Shown here piece after piece: positions 48,392-55,955 of a DNA stretch of 64,000 nt; the first letter of the stretch is position 1, and each line of letters starts with the position of its first letter. The DNA is from Candidatus Bruticola sp. (lineage in GTDB: Bacteria > Vulcanimicrobiota > Xenobia > Xenobiales > Xenobiaceae): the NCBI GenBank assembly GCA_051874735.1, contig JBJEGD010000040.1:1-64000 (forward strand). The letters are read 5' to 3'. Position numbers and translations under genes: made by a program. The notes beneath the pieces were generated by a model, which saw only the letters and a list, made by a program, of their open reading frames with translations, was not told where the DNA came from and did not search any database.

Positions 48392-48991
48392 ATGTCTATC
48401 AATTCCGTTAACTCTTTTGCTAGTACTTACAGTGCGTCCGCTCCTGTATACAGCAAGGAGCAGACCAATGGCGAAGCTGTTGCAGTTCAAGCAGAACCGC
48501 AGGAAATGTTCGCTCTAAGCGAAGAAAGCAGCGATCCCATTGCTCAAAAGCCTAGCTTTGCTACTCGTGCCGTTCGCAATGTAGCCGGTGTGGTAACTGG
48601 AGCTATTGGGGCTGCTGCTGGAGCCACTAAGGGTGGCTTAGTTGGTGCTGCTGAAGGCAAAGTGAGCTTATCTCACGATGCTAAAATTGTTCTGCAAACT
48701 ATTGGTGCTTCTGCCGGTTTAGTGGCCGGCTTGGCTATTACTGGTGCTGTCGGTGGTCCGGTTGCTCTGGTGGGTGGTTTGATTGCCGGTCCTTTAGTCG
48801 GATCAATGGCTGGTGGTGCTGTAGGTGGTGCTGTTGAGGGGCTCGGTTCTGCTTTGGTCGGTGCCGGCCCTGGTGCTGTCAGAGGTGCTAAGAAAGGCTT
48901 CGACATCGGTCGTACCGTAATCGACAAGATTGTAGCCAAAGATACTCCTGCTCCTCAAAATGACAATCAAACAAAGTCTCTCGGTGAGTAG
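48392..48991 (+). CDS. Glycine-zipper-rich hydrophobic protein
   Basis: Multiple GxxxG repeats over about aa 60-170; polar N-terminus without a Sec signal. Confidence 0.7.
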   Translation: MSINSVNSFASTYSASAPVYSKEQTNGEAVAVQAEPQEMFALSEESSDPIAQKPSFATRAVRNVAGVVTGAIGAAAGATKGGLVGAAEGKVSLSHDAKIVLQTIGASAGLVAGLAITGAVGGPVALVGGLIAGPLVGSMAGGAVGGAVEGLGSALVGAGPGAVRGAKKGFDIGRTVIDKIVAKDTPAPQNDNQTKSLGE

Positions 48992-49025
48992 AGCAGTTTA
49001 ATTTACCTTTTTTTCTATAAATTGA

Positions 49026-49060
49026 AGGGGCCCCCGCCTGAATAAGGCGGGGGCCTCTTT
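49026..49060. terminator. Strong terminator between convergent genes
   Basis: GGGGCCCCCGCCT GAATA AGGCGGGGGCCTC stem-loop followed by TTT. Confidence 0.8.
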
Positions 49061-49102
49061 AGTTGGGTTAGAGTACAGAACTATAGTTTTGCGACGTGCA
49101 GC

Positions 49103-50917
49103 TCATTCAGTTGTATCGATTGCTTCAAGCTTGTCTTTTAAAACTTTAATAAATTGTTTTTCATCGGTATGCAGGTTCAAACTGCAGGCCTTATTGAACA
49201 TGTTCAAGCTTTGGGCAATATCATTTCTTTCCAAGTAAAGCTGCCCCAAAACCAAATAAGGGTATCCATCCTGCGGAGCTTCTGAGGCTAAAGATTTTAA
49301 GGATTGCTGTAGAGAAGCGCTGCGTTCCGATTTAAAAGCTCCGCGAAGCCACTGAATTTTTAATAAATAACTGTTGGGCAATTTGTTGGCTAAAAGAGCC
49401 GCTGTGTCGTCTAGTTCGTACCAAAGACGCTGGTCGCTGCAGAATTGGCAGATTGCTTCTGCCATGAAATTGGGCATAGCGTAAGAAGATAAGCTTTGCA
49501 GCTGGCAGGCCGCTCGGGGGCTCTGAATAGTAAATATGTACAAGAATGCTCGGGCTTCGATAACGTCTGGATGACGTTGAGGCAGCTTACTGAGCCAAAA
49601 TTCAGCGGCCTGCCAGTCATATTTAAACATAGCTTGCCAGGCCTGTAACATTTTGGCTGCCGGTTCTTCCATCAGGCTTAGGTCTTTTGTTTCTTCGACG
49701 GTGAAATGGTGCTGGCGAATCCAAAATTTGGCCCTGCTTATATTCTGAGGATTGGCTTGTATTTGCTGCTTTATTTGCTTCCAATCTTGAGATGAGGAGT
49801 CGCCTGGCACAGGTTGTGGGGATGGTTGGATATTTTTTAAAGCTGAAGCTAGATCGAGTCGGCTTCGTGATCCGTTTAGACAGCTTTTGTAAGTTAGCAT
49901 TTTATGATTAACCTTAAGTTTTAAGGCTTCAGAATCTAAAAGAAATTTTTGAGTTTTGGTTTGAACTTGTTTAATAATATTGGCAGTTGGTTCTTCTGAA
50001 GCTTTGACTCCTTTGCTATCGTCACCTATATACCAGACTACTAAATTCGGATCTGTTTTAGCAAAGCAACTTTGGCGGGTATAAGAATATCGCCCTTGAG
50101 CTGAATCGACGGGTACATATCCCAAAGTAGGACAAAAAACTTCACACCAGGAGTGGGTTAAGGGCTCTCGAGGTTGGGATGTGCTTAACAGCAGACCTCC
50201 GCTTATTCTCACTTTAAATCCGTTTAACTGTAGCAGCTTGGCAGTAAGTATGGCAGCGTCTGAACATTGCAGACGGCGATCTTTTAACATAGAGGCAAAA
50301 GATGTTTTAGCTTTTTCTGAACCATAATTAAAGTTAGTGCGCATAAAATCGTAAACAGATAGCAATTTATAAAGATCAGTCTTTTGGCTACCCGCAGCTT
50401 GGGAAGCTAATTTATGCAGCATTTCTTCTTCTTCAGACGAAGTTGCTGTTAAAATTTCATGCCAATAATCCGCTTGAAAGACTCGGCGCTCTGAATTTTG
50501 TTGAGCAGCTGCTTCCCAATCTTGCAAGCTGAAATTGTAAACTAAGGCCTCATTTTCCACAACAGCCTGTTGACTGATCGTAAAAAATTGCCCAGGTTGT
50601 ATGGTGAGCTTATTGTAATGGGCATAAGTATTGCCAAATTCATCGCGGCTTTGGCTATCTGGTTCAGGAGTTAGGCGGAAATCGGTAATTTTTTGTCTGT
50701 AAGGCCTATTTTGCAATAGGGGAACTTTTAAAGAGACTAGGCAAGTATAATTGTGCAAATTTTGGTAGCTTACATCGAGAGTAAGACGGCGTTTAATGCT
50801 CTCACAGTCTTCTACAGACGGCATGGGTTGAGCTGTCGATAGGTTGCAACTCTGGCGGCAGCCAGCCAAACTAACTAAGGCAATTACAATTAAGGCCGAA
50901 AACAATTTATGAATCAT
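49103..50917 (-). CDS. Lipoprotein with transglutaminase-like domain and C-terminal TPR-like repeats
   Basis: Lipobox LAGC; Cys-His-Asp triad LQCSD...HSWCEV...VPVD; TPR-like YLVLGQLYLERND. Confidence 0.82.
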   Translation of the reverse strand: MIHKLFSALIVIALVSLAGCRQSCNLSTAQPMPSVEDCESIKRRLTLDVSYQNLHNYTCLVSLKVPLLQNRPYRQKITDFRLTPEPDSQSRDEFGNTYAHYNKLTIQPGQFFTISQQAVVENEALVYNFSLQDWEAAAQQNSERRVFQADYWHEILTATSSEEEEMLHKLASQAAGSQKTDLYKLLSVYDFMRTNFNYGSEKAKTSFASMLKDRRLQCSDAAILTAKLLQLNGFKVRISGGLLLSTSQPREPLTHSWCEVFCPTLGYVPVDSAQGRYSYTRQSCFAKTDPNLVVWYIGDDSKGVKASEEPTANIIKQVQTKTQKFLLDSEALKLKVNHKMLTYKSCLNGSRSRLDLASALKNIQPSPQPVPGDSSSQDWKQIKQQIQANPQNISRAKFWIRQHHFTVEETKDLSLMEEPAAKMLQAWQAMFKYDWQAAEFWLSKLPQRHPDVIEARAFLYIFTIQSPRAACQLQSLSSYAMPNFMAEAICQFCSDQRLWYELDDTAALLANKLPNSYLLKIQWLRGAFKSERSASLQQSLKSLASEAPQDGYPYLVLGQLYLERNDIAQSLNMFNKACSLNLHTDEKQFIKVLKDKLEAIDTTE

Positions 50918-50975
50918 TGTTTATTTGTTCTTATGTTTAAGATTGTTTTACAGTTTAACATAAAAGGCCGCAATT

Positions 50976-51926
50976 TTGACAAAATTAGAGGAAGAGGAGG
51001 GCTTTGAGCTGAAAGTGGGGCTCGTTTCTGGAGGGATAATTGTGAAATATTATTGTTATTCTGCTGTAATATCTGTGCTTTGGGCGGTAGCAACCGTCTG
51101 TCTTCCCTCGCTAGCTGCCAACGAAGATTCTTTATCAGTGAATCCGACTAGCAAAAGTCATACTGGTGTGGATACTGTCACTATTTCTAAAGTTACACCT
51201 CGCACTTCAGCCGATATTCCTCAGAATTGTCAGTTGCCCGTGGTGCTGCTAGCTGATTATCAGCTGCAATCGTCCAGTAGCGGCTTAATAAAAACTAGAG
51301 CCTTCATCTGGTCGCCTAAGGATAAGGGCAGCTCTAGTTATAAAAAGGGGCTGCGTCCTATTTCTGCAGTGATGCAGGCAGCCGTAAAAAAAGGCAGTGG
51401 AAGTGTGAAAGTTTCTTTCCCTCCTTTGGCTATGCCTGTTAAAGCAGATCCTCAAACTCAGTTAGTTGTGGTTTCTAGCTTACAGAACAGTGCTCATAAA
51501 GAAATTGCTTGGGGAAGTAGCTACAATTTTGTGCGCGGTTCTATGATGTTGACTAAGACCGCTGACAAAAGTCCGCGTTCCGCTATCACCGTTTTAGACT
51601 TCTCGCCTAAAGTCGGCACTCTAACTGTAGGCAAAACTCAGGAATTTACTTACAAGTTTCAATACAGCCTTAAAGAACAAGATTACGGTTTTGTTAACTT
51701 CGAATTGAAAAATGCTCTGGACAGTTTTGAAACTAGCCCTTGGTACTGTGCAGCTGTACCAGTTCCTAAAGGAGCAGGAGTTGTAAAGTACGTTTCAGGT
51801 AGATACTTTTTCCCGTACATGTACAAATTCTATAAGATGCGTTTGGGCGTTCTTTATCGCACTGAACCTTTGGGAGGTACTGTTGATGCGCTATTTTACG
51901 GGGATTGGCAGCTTGCTTCTAACTAG
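50976..51926 (+). CDS. Putative secreted beta-rich hypothetical protein
   Basis: Hydrophobic stretch ending SLA|A and a beta-strand-rich body; the real start is probably the GTG at about 51042, after GGAGG. Confidence 0.55.
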   Translation: MTKLEEEEGFELKVGLVSGGIIVKYYCYSAVISVLWAVATVCLPSLAANEDSLSVNPTSKSHTGVDTVTISKVTPRTSADIPQNCQLPVVLLADYQLQSSSSGLIKTRAFIWSPKDKGSSSYKKGLRPISAVMQAAVKKGSGSVKVSFPPLAMPVKADPQTQLVVVSSLQNSAHKEIAWGSSYNFVRGSMMLTKTADKSPRSAITVLDFSPKVGTLTVGKTQEFTYKFQYSLKEQDYGFVNFELKNALDSFETSPWYCAAVPVPKGAGVVKYVSGRYFFPYMYKFYKMRLGVLYRTEPLGGTVDALFYGDWQLASN

Positions 51927-52003
51927 AATATATTGAAATTTAATTTTGCTTTTGTTACTATGAACACAGATATATCTTTCTTTGTATTTTGGGAGGAAAG
52001 AGC

Positions 52004-52654
52004 ATGAACATAGCCTTCGTTTTAAATTCAGCCGTGCTTTCTGCTACTTGGTCCTCATTCAGAGATCGCGCCGAACGAAAAGGTGAGGGCAGTGCTTGTC
52101 AGCTCGACGGTGGAATTTTGCTGAATGTAGCTGCCGAAAGGGCTCTTTCTAAAGAAATTAAGGCCGCCGAACAATTAAAATATTCCGATTTAGTTCTTCC
52201 TGAGACTAACTTCCATGTTCAGTCTGTCAATTTGGTTCCTTCAATGCGTTCCAGAGTTAGCAAGGCTTTGCGCAATTTGGTAGATGGTTTTGAGCTGCCT
52301 CTGGTGCGTCGCAGTTTCGTCTGGTCTGGTTGTTTTGCGATGCTGGCTTCCGTAATTCTGAGCGGCAGTCAGCCAGTCAGTGCTGAAACTATTCCTGTTT
52401 GCTCTAAGACCGCTGTTCAGTCTGTCAGCCCCGTTCAAGGGCTGCTGGCAGCCACCGAGGTCGATCCTGTCAATCATGCTCTGCGTTTAGGCAGTGCTTG
52501 GGGATCCTACGCTGATTCGGATAGTAGCCATACAAATATCCCTGCTCAGCATATAAATATACCTAACGGGCAGCACAGCAACAGTGCTCATCTTCCATTA
52601 GGCAGCAAAGGACACACTCCTCAGGTTCCTCCTGTGACTGGGGCCGGAGTGTAG
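52004..52654 (+). CDS. His-Xaa-Asn repeat protein 1 (candidate RiPP precursor)
   Basis: ATG 52004 after GGAGG; C-terminus HTNIPAQ-HINIPNGQ-HSN; internal RRSF plus hydrophobic segment ending VSA. Confidence 0.7.
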   Translation: MNIAFVLNSAVLSATWSSFRDRAERKGEGSACQLDGGILLNVAAERALSKEIKAAEQLKYSDLVLPETNFHVQSVNLVPSMRSRVSKALRNLVDGFELPLVRRSFVWSGCFAMLASVILSGSQPVSAETIPVCSKTAVQSVSPVQGLLAATEVDPVNHALRLGSAWGSYADSDSSHTNIPAQHINIPNGQHSNSAHLPLGSKGHTPQVPPVTGAGV

Positions 52655-52721
52655 TTTAGCAACTGATACTAAAGAGAACAGCAGGCTAGTGCAGCCGCTC
52701 CATTTCAGAAAGGCTATTTTT

Positions 52722-53279
52722 ATGAGACGATACAGAGTTGCCTTAGAAAAAGGGACTGAGCTAAATAAAGAGTCGGAATATCTTTTAGAAAACAGAAACC
52801 AAGCGGTTAAAGTTAATTTGCTTTCCCGGTTAGGTTCAGATAGCTCTAGTTTTGAGCTGTCTTTAATATCTTCTAAATATTCTAAGTTGGCTGCTTGTGC
52901 TGCGGCAGTAGGGGCTGTTATAGCTGGCCCCGTTCTGCCTGCTCAGGCTTCTTCTTTGGTAGGGCTGCCTAGCGCTTCTGCCCAAGTGGTTTCTCTGCAG
53001 GAGTGTTTTGCTTGTTCAGCTTTAAGTTCTTGCGGAAAAGAGATTATTTTAGACAGCGCTGTTAAGATTGAATCCCCTGATAATCTGCAGATCGCCCAAG
53101 CTAGCTATCATACTAACGGCTCTACCCATGTAAATAAAACGCCAGTTCCGCATACTAATACTGCTTGGAGCAACCATAGCAACACCGGTGGGCACTCTAA
53201 TGGCGACTGGGCCAACCATGGCAATACCGCTTCTGGTACTGGACACGTAAATTTGGTGCACGGCGACTTCTTATTCTAA
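52722..53279 (+). CDS. His-Xaa-Asn repeat protein 2 (candidate RiPP precursor)
   Basis: ATG 52722 after GAAAGG; the last 56 aa contain 7 HxN, 2 WxN and 1 HxD. Confidence 0.75.
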   Translation: MRRYRVALEKGTELNKESEYLLENRNQAVKVNLLSRLGSDSSSFELSLISSKYSKLAACAAAVGAVIAGPVLPAQASSLVGLPSASAQVVSLQECFACSALSSCGKEIILDSAVKIESPDNLQIAQASYHTNGSTHVNKTPVPHTNTAWSNHSNTGGHSNGDWANHGNTASGTGHVNLVHGDFLF

Positions 53280-53307
53280 GCTTAAACTCTTCAACTTTTG
53301 TGTCTCA

Positions 53308-53343
53308 GGCTCGGCTCATTGTATGGCTGAGCCGCCTTTTTTT
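53308..53343 (+). terminator. Stem-loop with T-tail between precursors and maturase-like gene
   Basis: CGGCTCA...TGAGCCG stem, closed by AGG/CCT, followed by T7. Confidence 0.65.
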
Positions 53344-53407
53344 CAGCCTCTTTAATCTGCCTTCCCATATTTGTTAAGGTTGATGCAGAGGCCGCGGAGG
53401 TTTTGTT

Positions 53408-54613
53408 ATGCTCAATCTGGTTGCTCCAGTAAGCTGCAACATTATTTTAGCGTCTGAAGCTTGTACGGCTGCTGATACGCTCAGTTTTCAAGAGTGGTCG
53501 GCTATTTTAGACCAGCTTGGAGCAGCTAATGAGTTTCGAGTTTACGGTTTTGAGAGATGGTTTTCTCTTAGACAAGAAGTCGGCGAAACAGCAGAAAATG
53601 TTCTGTCTTGGTGGAATAGACTGGATAGTTGCCAAAAGTGTTTTCACGTCTATTTTGACGGTTCAGTTGCTCTGGAGAAATTTCCCAGCAGTCTATGGGC
53701 TGCTCTCTTAAATTGTTCTTATTTAGGAAGCGTAGTATTTTGTTTTTCCGGTCAGCGTGCCTTAGCGGAAGAACCAGGCTGGACGCTCCTGGAAAATGCT
53801 GCCGCCGCTGGTTTCGATACTGAAGTGTCTATTTTGTTAACTGAATACAGCGCTTTATCTATTGAAGAGCTTACTAATGAAGCCCTCGACGGTGGGGCGT
53901 CGCTAGTTATTTTTGAGCGCTTATCTCCTGCTGAGAGTGGAGAACTCTCTTTAGAGAGCTTGCGCCGCAGTGCTGAACAAATTAAGGAGCTGCGCCAGCT
54001 CGGTGTAGAGGTGGCTATGAGCGGATGCTTCCCGAATTGCTTTAGCAAAGGCGATATACCTTCTTGTTTAGCTGGTACGGTTAGTTGTGCTATTACTCCC
54101 GACGGGATGCTTCGTCCCTGTCGTTATGTCGACAGTTCAGGCTGCTTAAGTTTAGTGCACAACAGTTTGACTGCCGCTTGGCGCAGCGATGCTTTTATAA
54201 ATTGGCGCCGTATTAGTTCCGAGAGTTGTCAGCAGTGCAATAAATGCAATCTCTGTCCTGGAGGTTGCCTGCTTTATGCTTACAAGAGCGGCGGCCAAGA
54301 TAAAGATCCTCTGATTTCAGAAACTGAGACGGAGGAGACTATTTTACAAGAAGTTACTTTGGAAGATGAACTTTGCCCAGTGCCTTGTTACAACATAAGG
54401 GCTGAGGAGTTCGGTTGGTTGTTGATGCGCGGATCTCGAGTAGTTCCTGTCAGTCCTAAGGCTGCGTCAGTTTTGGCCCGTTTCGATGGTAGAACTACGC
54501 TTGGCCAGATAGAAGAAGAATTCGGATCGGGAGCTTTGTCATTTATTTACTCGCTGTATGTGCGCGGTTTTGTTGAATTTAAAGATATGGTGGCGCTGGG
54601 TGAGGACAGCTGA
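53408..54613 (+). CDS. Radical-SAM-fold/SPASM protein with C-terminal PqqD/RRE-like domain, lacking CxxxCxxC
   Basis: SPASM CLAG...CAITPDGMLRPC...CQQCNKCNLCPGGC; LSFQEWSAILDQL helix typical of rSAM; C-terminal IRAEEFGWLL...FDGRTTLGQI...LYVRGFV winged-helix pattern. Confidence 0.8.
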   Translation: MLNLVAPVSCNIILASEACTAADTLSFQEWSAILDQLGAANEFRVYGFERWFSLRQEVGETAENVLSWWNRLDSCQKCFHVYFDGSVALEKFPSSLWAALLNCSYLGSVVFCFSGQRALAEEPGWTLLENAAAAGFDTEVSILLTEYSALSIEELTNEALDGGASLVIFERLSPAESGELSLESLRRSAEQIKELRQLGVEVAMSGCFPNCFSKGDIPSCLAGTVSCAITPDGMLRPCRYVDSSGCLSLVHNSLTAAWRSDAFINWRRISSESCQQCNKCNLCPGGCLLYAYKSGGQDKDPLISETETEETILQEVTLEDELCPVPCYNIRAEEFGWLLMRGSRVVPVSPKAASVLARFDGRTTLGQIEEEFGSGALSFIYSLYVRGFVEFKDMVALGEDS

Positions 54614-54659
54614 TCCTATTAGTTTTTTTAATTAAGTTAGACTGAACGGGGAGCTAAAA

Positions 54660-55121
54660 ATGAGGCGAACTTTGAGCCGCGATTTTATGGATTTGGTGCG
54701 TCATTTTGCCTACCATGAAAAGCAAATCCATGTTTATGGTGTGACAGAGCCTCTATACCGCTCGGAAATTCACGTGGTTTGGTTGGTGGGCGTCGAACCA
54801 GGTCTTTATGGAATGAAGCTGGCGAAAAAAATCGGAGTGACTAAAAGTGCAGCTTCGCAAATTCTTTCCAAGTTAGAGAAAAGGGGCATGATTTCTAGCC
54901 GCGTAGCTGCCGATAAGCTAACGAAGCGGGAATACGCTTTAACTGAGGAAGGCTGGAAAGTCTTTGCTTTTCATGAGGAGTTGCACCGCGAGTTTGAGAA
55001 ACGCTTTAATACTTTTTTTAAAAAATATACTCCTGAGCAGCGTAAGTTTTTGAAGACGTTTGTGCAAGACCTCAATAACGTTTTGGACATTTGGTTTACT
55101 GACGACCTTTATATATTGTAA
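54660..55121 (+). CDS. MarR family transcriptional regulator
   Basis: LAKKIGVTKSAASQILSKLEKRGMI...D...YALTEEG winged HTH. Confidence 0.9.
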   Translation: MRRTLSRDFMDLVRHFAYHEKQIHVYGVTEPLYRSEIHVVWLVGVEPGLYGMKLAKKIGVTKSAASQILSKLEKRGMISSRVAADKLTKREYALTEEGWKVFAFHEELHREFEKRFNTFFKKYTPEQRKFLKTFVQDLNNVLDIWFTDDLYIL

Positions 55122-55377
55122 GAACTAAGAATTGTCATTGGCAAGTTAATTTTTGTAATATTTTCTGTCTGCTATAGGCTGTGTTGTTTCTTTTCTAAAA
55201 TTACCTTAAGAGAAGTCCCGATTTTGTAAGTATTTTAGCGTTTTTTTAGGAGGAAAAGGCGAGACAATATTTAAGGTTTGCGCTATCATAATGTAAGAAG
55301 GTGTGCGAGGGCTTGGCAGCGCTTTAGAGCTTCTTCTATTCGGGCCATGCAAAAAAAGGAGAGGAAACTATCGTAAT

Positions 55378-55953
55378 ATGCGTGTTTTAACCAAGCGTTC
55401 GAGGTTTTATGCTTTTTCACTGATAGAACTTATGGTAGTTATATCAGTGGCTTCGCTGCTTATAGCTATTGTAGCGCCAGCCTGGAGTAGCTATAATACC
55501 CGTCTAATGGTACTGACTAATGCCAATGAAGTGGCGGCTGAACTGCGCAATGCTCGTGAAAAAGCTTTCCGCAGTGGATATTTTGTGTATTTTTATTATC
55601 AGTATAATAGCTCTAAAAGAAAAACATACTATTCTTATTGTAGGACTGCGCGATTAAGTTACATTAATTTATCTAACGGTGTTTTGACCGGTAATGCGGG
55701 TTGGGGTGGGAATGCAGTAACTAATTCGTTGCTTTCTAAGGTTCATGTGCTAGATCGCAGATGCGATTTTTATAGTAGCGCTACTGCTACCTCTGCTCTC
55801 TCTAATGCTTACATTAGTTTTGATATTGATGGATCTGTTTTTGATACGTCTGGTTATGTAAAATCAGGTGACAATTATGTCATATATGTAGGCTCTGGAG
55901 GCTACTGTGTGCCAATTACAATTTCTCCTATCGGGCGAATAACGGTAGGTTAG
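55378..55953 (+). CDS. Type IV minor pilin/pseudopilin (FimT/GspH-like)
   Basis: Prepilin motif A|FSLIELMVV...AIVAP, then LRNAREKA; C-terminal ITISPIGRI. ATG 55378 after GGAGAGG. Confidence 0.85.
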   Translation: MRVLTKRSRFYAFSLIELMVVISVASLLIAIVAPAWSSYNTRLMVLTNANEVAAELRNAREKAFRSGYFVYFYYQYNSSKRKTYYSYCRTARLSYINLSNGVLTGNAGWGGNAVTNSLLSKVHVLDRRCDFYSSATATSALSNAYISFDIDGSVFDTSGYVKSGDNYVIYVGSGGYCVPITISPIGRITVG

Positions 55954-55955
55954 GT

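Noticed and set aside
53408-53500. Frameshift or selenocysteine explanation for the missing CxxxCxxC
   Set aside because: The frame is continuous from a well-placed ATG (GGAGG upstream) with no in-frame TGA, and no such motif was seen in the alternative frames there.
52004-54613. Assignment to mycofactocin, PQQ or the His-Xaa-Ser (Hxs) system
   Set aside because: No MftA (IDGxCGVY) or PqqA (ExxxY) core peptide; the repeats are HxN rather than HxS; no HxsB/HxsC/HxsD gene set is in the window.
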